DNA of 64,000 nt, from contig CAVPIB010000001.1 of the NCBI GenBank assembly GCA_963704885.1, positions 896,001 through 960,000 of the forward strand. Direction: 5' to 3'. The notes beneath the pieces were generated by a model that was given only the letters and a program-made list of their open reading frames with translations, was not told the origin of the DNA and made no database searches. This DNA is from an uncultured Actinomycetes bacterium. Lineage in GTDB: Bacteria; Actinomycetota; UBA4738; HRBIN12. Each line of letters begins with the position of its first letter. The first letter of the stretch is position 1. Positions 17,847-27,823 of the stretch are shown here, piece by piece. The position numbers were made by a program, and so were the translations under genes.

Positions 17847-19007
17847 GTGGCGGACGACCGACGATACGAGCTACCGGAGGAGCTGGAGGAGTTCCGTGCG
17901 CTCGTGCGGCAGATCGCGGAAGACAAGATCGCGCCGCGTGCCGCTGAGATCGACGAGACGGATGAATGGCCCGAGGACATCTACGACGTCCTGGTGAAGA
18001 ACGACCTGATGGGCGTGGGCTACCCAGAGGCCGACGGCGGATCGGGCGGGGGAGCGCTGGCGTTCGGCGTCTTGATCGAGGAGCTGTCCAGGGTCTCGGC
18101 CGGCGTGGCGCTCACGCCGATCGTGTCGAAGCTCGGCGCGATCCCGCTGATGCTGGCGGGGACCGAGGAGCAGCGTCGGTCCATGATCGGCGCCATCTGT
18201 CGCGGCGAGGTCCTGATGTCCTACGCGCTGACCGAGGCCGGCGCCGGCTCGGATGCGGCGGCCATGCTCACCCGCTACGAGCGCAGCGACGACGGCTTCG
18301 TCCTGAACGGGACCAAGCGGTTCATAACCGGGGCGGGTGTGTCGCACGCCTACGTGGTGTTCGCCACGAGCGATCCGTCGCTGCGGAGCAAGGGCATCTC
18401 GGCGTTCCTGGTGATGCGCGACGACCCCGGCGTCTCGTTCGGCAAGCCCGAGAAGAAGATGGGTATCAAGGGCTCGCCGACTCGCGAGGTGATCCTGGAG
18501 GATTGCCGGATCCCGGCGGACCGGCTGATCGGAGCCGAGGGCGAGGGGTTCTCGATCGCCATGCGAACGCTCGATCACTCGCGTCCCGTGATCGCGGCGC
18601 AGGCGGTGGGGATCGCGCAGGGAGCGTTGGATCTGGCGGTCGCCTACGGCAGCGAGCGCAAGCAGTTCGGCGAGCGGATCGTCGACTTCGAGGGGATCAA
18701 GTTCATGTTGGCGGACATGGCCATGAAGCTTGAGGCGTCGCGCGTGCTGACGTACCGGGCGCTCACGGCGATCGACGCCGGCGACCCGCGCTCGAGCTAT
18801 CACTCCAGCATCGCTAAGTGCTTCGCGTCGGACGCCGCCATGGCCATCACCACCGACGCCGTGCAGATCCTGGGCGGCTACGGTTACGTGAAGGAGTACC
18901 CGGCCGAGCGGTTCATGCGGGACGCCAAGATCACCCAGATCTACGAGGGAACGAACCAGATCCAACGTCTGGTGATCGCGCGGGAGCTGTTGAAGCTACT
19001 GGACTAG
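17847..19007 (+). CDS. Acyl-CoA dehydrogenase (short-chain type)
   Basis: ALTEAGAGSDA, NGTKRFIT, KMGIKGS, RKQFG, GGYGY, IYEGTNQIQR. Confidence 0.95.
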   Translation: MADDRRYELPEELEEFRALVRQIAEDKIAPRAAEIDETDEWPEDIYDVLVKNDLMGVGYPEADGGSGGGALAFGVLIEELSRVSAGVALTPIVSKLGAIPLMLAGTEEQRRSMIGAICRGEVLMSYALTEAGAGSDAAAMLTRYERSDDGFVLNGTKRFITGAGVSHAYVVFATSDPSLRSKGISAFLVMRDDPGVSFGKPEKKMGIKGSPTREVILEDCRIPADRLIGAEGEGFSIAMRTLDHSRPVIAAQAVGIAQGALDLAVAYGSERKQFGERIVDFEGIKFMLADMAMKLEASRVLTYRALTAIDAGDPRSSYHSSIAKCFASDAAMAITTDAVQILGGYGYVKEYPAERFMRDAKITQIYEGTNQIQRLVIARELLKLLD

Positions 19008-19009
19008 CG

Positions 19010-19791
19010 TCATTGCTTTACCGATCCCCGATCACGATCCCGGGGTCCCTCCTTCCTGTTGGGTTGCTTGAAGGAGGAGCGTCGCAGCCTGGATGTCCTC
19101 CCGGAAGATCTCCAGGTCGGCAGGCAATGGCGAATCACGCCCATGCTCAACCCATCCCGTGATGGCGACATCCAAACTGGGTCGGTCCACGTCGTTGGGT
19201 TGTTTGTGGCGTACGCGTAGAGGTTGTAGCCGACCGTGCCGGCTCCTCCCGGTCTAACCGAGTCGGACTGCAGGAACCGAGCGGTCGCTGGGTCGAGCGT
19301 ACGCGCCCTCAGGTAGACGAGTCCGGTCGCGTCGGAGGGCTCTCGGGTGAACCCGAAGGCGGCAGAGGAGCCGGTCTGAGAGCGGACCGCTCCGGACACC
19401 TCGTACGACGAGGTCGCCGTAACCGTGCCCGCCGAAGAGGTGACCGAACGGACCGAGCCGAGAGCGTCCAGCAGCGGGAACGAGTTCGATGTGCTGGATC
19501 GTTCGATCAGACCGCCGGCTTGCAGATAGGCGGCCTCGCCGTCGTCAACGACGGTCGGCAGTCCGGACTCCCTGTCACCAGGAGCTCGCTGGATGAGCTG
19601 TCGACATCGGCCCCGACGCGGACGCCGTCGCCATCGTAGGCGTACTCGGCATCGTGGCCACTCACCGAGGCCGTGACCAAGCGATTCCCGTAGTCGTAGG
19701 TGAACCCGTCGGAACCCGCCTCGATCAGGTCGTCCCCGTCGTCATAGGTTGAAATGCAGGGGGGAAAGCTCCGTTTGGGGGAATCCGCCAA
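19010..19791 (-). pseudogene. Orphan/degenerate Rhs core fragment lacking a recognisable toxin tip
   Basis: 19179..19749 is a diverged copy of 20717..21288 (YLRARTLDPATARFLQ, YNLYAYATNNP-x-x-x-TDP), with a 1-bp shift near 19577. Homology ends at the DP of the cleavage motif. Confidence 0.8.
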
Positions 19792-19817
19792 CCTGACGCG
19801 GCTAGTTGTTCCAGCGG

Positions 19818-20060
19818 CTACGTTTCTTGGCGGCGGCTGTCTATGAGTGATGCCAAGAACAGATTATGGATGTCGTCGATGTCTATGGTCATTCGAGCTC
19901 TGAGTTTGCGCTCCTCATCCTCCGTAAGCCAAGCTGGGTGATCCGTCACCACCTTCAACTCCGGGAACATCTGCTCAATCTGGTCCGCAGACTCCGCCAT
20001 GAGGTACGCCCAGACCCCTCCCTTCCGATAGTCATAGAGAACGAGGAACTCTTTTCTCAT
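19818..20060 (-). CDS. Putative immunity protein of the Rhs toxin
   Basis: 80-aa ORF (MRKEFLVLYDYRKGGVWAYL...) starting 14 nt after the toxin stop, with SD AAGGGG; lower GC than the flanks. Confidence 0.7.
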   Translation of the reverse strand: MRKEFLVLYDYRKGGVWAYLMAESADQIEQMFPELKVVTDHPAWLTEDEERKLRARMTIDIDDIHNLFLASLIDSRRQET

Positions 20061-20074
20061 GGGCTGATCCCCTT

Positions 20075-23000
20075 TCATGGGTCGATAGGCACCCAGTGAA
20101 GACCGGATGCGTCGATTGGCTTGGTGGTCCAGTACTCGCTTCCGCCGCCATTGTTGGAGCCCGGAGGCCAGGGATCTGCTGGAGCTGGCCCGCACAAGTC
20201 CTGCAGCGCCGTTACGGGAACCTCGAAGTACCCCGTGGGCCGCGTGGACATAGCCAAGCCAGTCTGAGCCTCAGCCCCGGTCACGTAGGCCTCGGAAGTG
20301 AGGAAGATTGCGCCCTCGCCTGACACGACAATCTGCCCTGATAGCGTGATGCCTGCCCACCCGTTCTGGTCGGTGTAGTGCCAAGCGCGTCCGCCGAACC
20401 GTCCCCCGGAGGATCGCAGTCCGTTGTGCCCACCCCGCCCGGGCCGTTCCCTGGCGGAATAGGGGGCACTGGGGTCCCAGGGTAGGTGGTTGGCGCATCA
20501 GTGGGGTCATCCGGGAGCGGCTGCTGCGTGTCCCCCGCCGATCCGTTCTCGTCTATCGTGTCCATCCAGCCGAAGAGCAACTCCCGGCACGTGGTGCTCA
20601 GTACGCAGGCAACAGCCAGGAACACGACCACGATCACGAACACAGGGTGGGTGAAGAACGCGAGTGCTATTCGCGCAAGGGTCCACTCCGCAGGCGAAGG
20701 CACGAAGTGTCCGGACGGGTCGGTCAACGTCGTTGGGTCGTTCGTGGCGTACGCGTAGAGGTTGTAGCCAACCGTGCCAGATCCCCCGGGTCTGACCGAG
20801 TCCACCTGCAGGAACCGGGCGGTCGCTGGGTCGAGCGTCCGCGCCCTCAGGTACACGAGTCCGGTCGCGTCCGTCGGCTCTCCCGTGAATCCGAAGGCTG
20901 AAGCGCTGCCCGTCTGAGAGCGGATCGCCCCGAACGCTTCGTACGCGGCACTCGCCGTGACCGCACCTGAGGCGTCGGTGACCGAGCGGACCGAGCCGAT
21001 AGCATCCAGCAGCGGGAACGAGGCCGAGGTGCCGGATCGTTCGATCAGGCCGTCGGCTTGCAGGTAGGCGGCGTCGCCGTCGTCAACGATGGTTGGCAGT
21101 CCGGACTCCCGATCTACCAGGAGCTCGCTCGGGGAGCCGTCCACGTCTGCCGCGACGCGCACGCCGTCGCCGTCGTAGGTGTAGGTGGCGTCGTGGGCGC
21201 CGACCGAGGCCGTGACAAGGCGGTTGGCGTAGTCGTATGTAAACCCGTCGGAACCGGCCTCGACCAGGTTGCCCGCGTCGTCATAGGTGTAGGTGGTCGA
21301 GCCGACCTGGGTGAGCCGGCTGGCGTCGTCGTAGGAATACGAGGTGGTGACGTTGTCCCGGGTCTCCGTGAGGCGGTTGCCGGCGTCGTCGTAGGTGTAG
21401 GAGACGTCCTGGCCGTCGGCGTACTCCACCGAGACCAATTGACCCAGGTCGTCGTGGACGTAGGTCTCGGTCCCCGCGGCGGTCGTGACGCTCGTGCGGC
21501 GTCCGGCGTCGTCATAGGAGTACGAGAACGCCGCGATGGTGCCGCCGGTCCCGGCGTGGGTGATCGAGGTGATGCGCCCGGCGTCGTCGTAGACGTAGGT
21601 GGAGTCCACGTCGTTCGGCCGCTGGATCGCCGTGCGCTGACCATCCTCGTCGTAGCCGAACGCGATCTGGTCATCGGAGGGGTCCACCATCGAGGTCAGC
21701 CGACCAGCCAGGTCGTACCCGTAGCCGATCTCCCGCCCACCCGGAAGCGTCATCGACGCCCGGCGGCCGGCATCGTCGTACCCGTAGCCGATCGTGCCGG
21801 CGGGAGCCTCGGTGGCCGTGACCCGCCCGGCGTCGTCGAACGCCCAGGTGGTCGTCCCGGTGGCATCCGTCATCGACGTGCGGCGCCCGGAGTCGTCGTA
21901 TCCGTAGCTGATCGAACCCCCGGGGAAGGAGACCCCCTCCGGGAGTCCCCGCTCGTCGTAGGCCCAATCGGTCTCGACGCCTCGGGCGTCCGTCCGTGTC
22001 ACCAGCTGGCCTCGGGCGTCGTAGACGAGCTCGGTGACGTTCGCGAGCGGATCGGTGACCGAGGCCCGGTTGCCCAGCTCGTCGTACGTATAGGTCCACG
22101 ACTGCCCGAGGGGATCGGTGAGGGTGGTGAGCTGACCGGCGCCGTCGTAGCCGAACGACACGACCCCGCCGAGCGCGTCGGTGATCGAGGTCATCCGGCC
22201 GGCGTCGTCGTAGGCGTAGGCGGTGTCGTTGCCCAGCGGATCGGTCTCGGTCACCAGGCGCCCAGCGTCGTCGTAGACGTCAAGGGTCACGTTGCCCAGC
22301 GGATCGGTCGTGCTCGTGCGAGCACCGAGCGCGTCGTAGGCATACAGGGTCTCCGCGCCCGACGGCATGAGGAGCGACACCAGGCGTCCGACGTCGTCGT
22401 AGGCGTAGGTGGTCTCGTTTCCGAGCCCATCCTGCGAGACCACGAGCTGACCAGCCAGATCGAAGGTCTGCGTGGTAGAGCGCCCGCTTGCGTCCGTGAG
22501 CTCGATCGTGCGACCGGCATCGTCCAGCGTGTACTGAGTGATGTTGTCCAAGGGGTCGGTGACCGCGGTCATCCGGCCGGCGTCGTCGAACGTGTATGCG
22601 GTCTGGCTCCCGAGCGGATCGGTTTCTGACACCAGTCGACCGGCGTCGTCGTAGGCGTAGGTCGTCTGGTTGCTCAGCGGGTCGGTGACGCTCGCGAGCT
22701 GGTTGGCCTCGTCGTAGGCCCGAACGGTCACGTTCTGCAGGGCGTCGGTCACCTGGGTGAGGTTGCCCACCTCGTCGTAGGCGTAGCCGACCACCGCGTC
22801 GTTCGGGAATCCCGTCTCCAGGAGCCTGCCGGCTGCGTCGTAGGCGTAGGTCGTTACGCGCGCGAGCGGATCCGTCTCTGACACGAGCCGCCCCGCGTCG
22901 TCGTAGGCGTAGGTGGTCTCGTTGGCGAACGGATCGGTCACCGACACGAGCCGTCCCGCGTCGTCGTAGGCGTAGGTCGTCTCGTTGGCGAGCGGATCGG

Positions 23001-26000
23001 TCACCGACGTCATCCGTCCGTTGTCGTCGTAGGTGTAAGTCGTCGTGTCGCCGTTCGCGTTGGTCTTGGCCTCGACCAGACCGCGCTCGTCGTAGTCCCA
23101 GAGCGTCTCGGCACCTTCGGCGTCGGTCACGCGGATCAGGTGGCCGACAGCGTCGAACAGGAACTCCGTGTCGCGGTCCAGGGGATCGCGGATCAGGATC
23201 AGGCGGCCCAGCAGGTCGTAGAAGTACGTCGTGGTCGCGCCGAGCGGGTCCACCTCCGTCTTCAACCGACCTGCGGCGTCGTAGGTGTAGGTCGTGACGT
23301 TGTCCAGCGGGTCGGTCTCCGACGTCTTGTTCCCGTCGGCGTCGTAGGTGTAGTTCCAGGCGTTGGCGAGGGGATCCGTGCGGCTGGTCATGTTGCCGGC
23401 GGTGTCGTAGGTGAACGTCGTCTCGCGGTCGAGCGGGTCGGTCTGAGACGTCAGGTTCCCGTCGGTGTCGTAGGCGAGCGTCGTGGAGTTCCCGCGACCG
23501 TCGGTCACCGTGGTCGGCAGATGCTTGGCGTTGTACGTGAAAGAGACGGGGTTGGCCAGAGGATCGAGCGCCTCGAGCAGGTCCCCGTCGTCGTCGAAGT
23601 CGAAGTCCCACTCGTTGTTCTCGGGATCGACGATCGCGTCCAGGTTGCCGACGCTGTCGTAGATGTAGGAGATCACATGGTCCGTGGGGTCCACGGCGGC
23701 CGCGGTCCGGTGATAGCCGTCGAAGTAGAACGTTGACTCACCGCCCTCGGGATCGGTGATCAGCGTCGCGCCCTTGCCGGGGGTGTCGTAGGTGACCCCG
23801 ATGGTTTGGCTGGCGGCATCCGTCTGGGACAGGACCCGGCCGAAGTCGTCGTAGGTGTTCTCCACGACCTGGTTCAGCTCCTGGTCCGTGACCGTGACGA
23901 GCCGGTGGTGGTCGTAGGTGTAGGTGCGCTCCCCATCCTCAGGGTCGGTCACCGACACCAGATCGCCGCCTGAGTCGTATGCGTATGAGAAGACCGCGCC
24001 GAGCGGATCGGTGACGGTGGAGAGCCGACCAGATTGGTAGGCGAGCTCCAGCGTTCGGTCGCCAGGTGCGGTCACCGTGCTCAGCCGTCCCTGTCCGTCG
24101 TAGGCGAGCTCGATGGCGTTGCCGTTCAGGTCCTCGATCTCGGTGAGGACCCCTGCGGCGGCGAACCGGTAGAGCAGGTTCTCCTTCGTCGTGAGCGTGA
24201 AGGTCCCGTCGGTCTCCTTCACCAGCGCGGAGTGCACGCGCGGATCGGCCACGCGGTAAGTTCCGTTCGTCTGATGGAGGAACCCGTCCTCCCGGCCCTG
24301 GCCGAAGACCACCGCGACGTCGCTCCCTGAGAACTCCAGATGCGTGTCGTAGGTGTGGGACCAGCGGTAGCCGAGCGTTCCGAGACGATCGGAATGGGCG
24401 TTGTAGTAACGGCTGAAGGTAAGCGGCATCGCTCCGGGGAGCGTGAGGTCCTGCTCGGCGAAGGCGACCGCGCCGGTGGTCGTGTCGATCCCCATCCCGA
24501 CCTTGCTGGAGAAGGGTTCGGACAGCTGCTGGCGCGCCACGTTGTCGCCCAACGAGTAGATCCGTCCGAGACCGGGGAAGCTGATGGAGAAGCGCCCGCG
24601 ATCCCCCATGAAGTCATGGATCGGCAGTCGGGCCGTCACGTACCCGGTCGGATCGTTCGACGCCGTCGAGAGAACGATCCAGCTCTGCGACTGGTCGTTC
24701 GCCCAGGTGACCGACAGGTTGGTCCCCGCCCCTGCCCCGATGTCGTAGGCGAGCGTGTACCAACGGGTCTGGGTTGAGGTCGTGTCGATGATCCCGGGGG
24801 TGATCCAGCTCGAGCGGATGTATGACTGGTTGTCGATCGGCGTCGTGACGTAGCTGCCGTACGCGTCTTCGCCCACCGCGATCCCTCGATCGTCCGTGAC
24901 AGCCCAACCTGGCAGCACGGAGGTGACCAGGCCGGCATCGTCGACGTTCAGGCCCGGACCGGACCACGGTCGGATACGCAGCTTCACCGGGTTCCCGGCG
25001 TGAGTCCCGACGCCGTATGTGAGGGTCGTCCACGTCGAACCGACGGACGTGTACGCGAGCTGATCCACGGTCGCGAAGCTCGCCCCCGTCAGCAGCTCGA
25101 CGAAGAAATAGTCCAGCGCGCTCGTCTTGGAACGTACACGGAGGGAGATGTTCTGCGCGTTGGCGGCGACGTCAACCGCGCTCGAGATGAGGGTGCCGGT
25201 CGTCGTCACGTAGTTACCGCCGGCGCCATCATCCGTGCGTCGAGCGGAGTCGGGTACCGACCAGTCAGGGACCTCTACGAGTTGGGTCCCGATGTCGTCC
25301 GCATGGATCGTGCCGGTGATCGGCGTCACCCTCACCTTGATGTCCTCCCCGACATAAGGTGAGAGATCGAACCTCACATCTTCCCAAGCAGATGTGGAGG
25401 CGTAACCGATCTTTGCATCCGTGTAAGTCGAGTAGCTTGGCCCGACGGCAACTTTGATCCGGTACTGAGGGCTGTTACCCGTGCCCTTGATCTGCACGGT
25501 GCCCTGTTGGGCCGCCTCATCGACCGCGAAGGCGTCGGTCGTGACGGCGACCGAGGAAGATGCGATGCTCACGTAGTGGTCACCCTGACCGTCCACGTCG
25601 CGGCGGAAGTTCCCGACGAGGGTGTGACCGGGGAAGACCTCCTGGATCGAGACATCGTCGACCCCAACGACCCCCCCGTATCGAGAGAACTTGAGCTTGA
25701 TCTGTTGGCCCTGGTACCCGCTGACGTCCACATACGTGGTCGACCAGTACCCGCACTGGTAGCAGCTGTCTGTCATGAGCAACGTCGAGGTCGCGAAATC
25801 GGTGCCGGACAGCACGTAGACTCTGACCGAGCTGTAGCTCGTCGTGGTCACGTAGTTCACGTTGTAGACGATCGCCTGGGCGTCCGAGGAGATGTCGAGG
25901 GCGGAGCTCGTCATCGTGTCGCTCGACCCAAGCTGGGCCCAGTCGTCTCCGTTGTCGGTGGCGATCGACGGGTCGCTCGTCGTGGTCCAACCGCTGAAGG

Positions 26001-26376
26001 TCCCCGTTTCGAAGTCCGCGTTGGTGGGCGTCGCAAGGGTGACGGGGTCATCCTCGAGGTCGACGTTCTCAGGGGGAGTGCCCACCTCCTCGGAGGCGGA
26101 CTCGAAATCGGCGTTCGCCGCCGAATCGAGCGCCTCAGTTTTCCCGTCGAACGTGTGGTTCAGTGGGTATGCGGGGTCGGCGTCTGACAAGGTTGGTGGG
26201 TCCGCTTTGGCCTCCGGCGTGAGACCTGGCAGGAGCGAGCCTCGCGGAACGACTTCGAGCACAAGGGCAACCGCTGTAAGACACAGCACGATGGCGATGC
26301 GACGCTGCCTCGGCTTGTGCGCCCTTCGGTGGGTCCGTCTGTCTCGATCGGTGGGGCCAGACCCAAGGCCGGTCAC
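20075..26376 (-). CDS. Secreted Rhs/YD-repeat polymorphic toxin with C-terminal HYT-motif ADP-ribosyltransferase-like domain (frameshift at about 20403-20407)
   Basis: GTG at 26376 with SD GGAGG; signal peptide ending AKA|D; four ~120-aa beta-sandwich repeats; DUF6531-like FSRYYN...LGYRWSHTY; dozens of YDDAGRL-x-x-x-TDP repeats; core YAYATNDPTTLTDPSG. One added G restores WHYTDQNGWAGITLSGQI...IFLT...GGGSEY. Confidence 0.88.
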
Positions 26377-26576
26377 GGTCGCATCCTCCAGCGGGGAAGC
26401 CCGATGATGTGAAGCGGACGATAGTCCTGGTTTCACAAGGTGTGCAGACTCACTGGTCACGTATGGTTAAGAGCGACGACTCTGCCATTTCTGCGACCAC
26501 GTTGCACCGCCTTTGTCAGCGAATCGCCCTCCAGCGTGAGCATCGTCACAGACATGCGCTTAGCTTGAGCGTAGAG

Positions 26577-26592
26577 TCGAACATATGTTCGA
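26577..26592. promoter_or_regulatory. Actinobacterial LexA (SOS) box
   Basis: Perfect palindrome TCGAACATATGTTCGA, matching TCGAAC-N4-GTTCGA, 9 nt upstream of the HNH gene ATG. Confidence 0.9.
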
Positions 26593-26601
26593 GGTCCTGG
26601 G

Positions 26602-27789
26602 ATGAGCGAGCTCCGCTCAGCGGTCGATTCGCTGCGCGTCGAGGTGCTTCCGGAACTGCCGGATGCACGGATCGAGGAGGACTTCAGCGAGCTCCAGCGG
26701 GTCTCCGAGCTCCTTGAGATAGAACGGCTTCGGCGCCTGGCCGAGCTCGATCGGCGCCGCCTCTACGAACGCGACGGCCATCTGTCTGCGGCCTCGTGGC
26801 TCGCCACTGCTCACAGGGTGTCCTGGGGTGCGGCGCGGGATCAGATACGGGTGGCTCGAGCGTTGGACGAGATGCCGCAGACGCGCCGCGCGCTCGAGGC
26901 CGGCGACGTATCGATGTCGGTGGTGCGGTTGCTCGTCGACGCCAGTGACGCCGATCCCGAGGCCTTCTCGCGGTCGGAAGCTCAACTGGTGGACGCCGCC
27001 AGGATCCACTCCGTGCATGACCTGCAGAAGGTGGCGGCGTACTGGCGCCAAGGCGTCGAGCGCGAACGTGCCAAGGACGGTGAGGACACTCTGCGCGAGC
27101 GTCGGAGGCTCCACGCATCGGTCTCGTTCGCTGGCATGGTTCGCGTGGACGGTGACCTGGATCCCGAGACAGGCGAGACGCTCCTCACGGCGCTTTCCGC
27201 TGTGCTCGACTCCGAGTCCCGCTCCCGCACCGACGACGACGTCAGAACGCCCGCCCAACTGCGGGCAGACGCCCTTGGCGAGATCTGCCGGCAATGGCTC
27301 GACCGCAGTGACAGGCCGAGCGTCGCGGGCGAGCGTCCGCACGTAACCGTGACGGTGGGTGCCGAGGCGCTTCGAGGCGACCTGGGCATGAGTAACGAGC
27401 TCGATTACGTCGGCCCCGTTGATCCGGAGACTGCGCGGCGGCTCGCGTGTGACGCCTCGATCATGCGAGTGGTGCTCTCAGGGCGTTCCGAACCCCTCGA
27501 TGTCGGGCGTAGGACCTCGGTCATCCCTGCTGCCATGCGCAGGGCAGTGATCGTGCGTGATCGTCACTGCCGGTTCCCTGGGTGCGACCGTCCTCATACA
27601 TGGTGCGATGCCCACCACGTCGTGCACTGGGCCGACGGAGGACCCACGGCGGTTCCCAACCTGCTCTTGTTATGCCGACGCCATCATCGGTTGGTGCACC
27701 AGGGCCGGTTCGGACTGACGCTTGAGGACGGACGGCCGTTGTTCAGACGACCCGATGCATCGCCGCTGGAGGATCGAGCACCGCCGTAG
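26602..27789 (+). CDS. DUF222 (13E12-repeat-like) HNH endonuclease
   Basis: RTPAQLRADAL, RRLACDA, PLDVGR, RDRHCRFPGC, CDAHHVVHWADGGPT-x-x-x-NL-x-LLCRRHH; ends in RAPP. Confidence 0.92.
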   Translation: MSELRSAVDSLRVEVLPELPDARIEEDFSELQRVSELLEIERLRRLAELDRRRLYERDGHLSAASWLATAHRVSWGAARDQIRVARALDEMPQTRRALEAGDVSMSVVRLLVDASDADPEAFSRSEAQLVDAARIHSVHDLQKVAAYWRQGVERERAKDGEDTLRERRRLHASVSFAGMVRVDGDLDPETGETLLTALSAVLDSESRSRTDDDVRTPAQLRADALGEICRQWLDRSDRPSVAGERPHVTVTVGAEALRGDLGMSNELDYVGPVDPETARRLACDASIMRVVLSGRSEPLDVGRRTSVIPAAMRRAVIVRDRHCRFPGCDRPHTWCDAHHVVHWADGGPTAVPNLLLLCRRHHRLVHQGRFGLTLEDGRPLFRRPDASPLEDRAPP

Positions 27790-27823
27790 GAGCGAGTGTG
27801 AGGGCACGACTGCGCGCCGGCGA

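Noticed and set aside
21200-24200. Regularly spaced GTCGTCGTAGGCGTAGG repeats resembling a CRISPR array
   Set aside because: They are the codons of the YD/Rhs peptide repeats within one ORF; they are degenerate and have no cas genes.
19008-27823. Defined mobile element with att sites or target-site duplication around Rhs-HNH
   Set aside because: No integrase or transposase, and I found no flanking direct or inverted repeats by eye.
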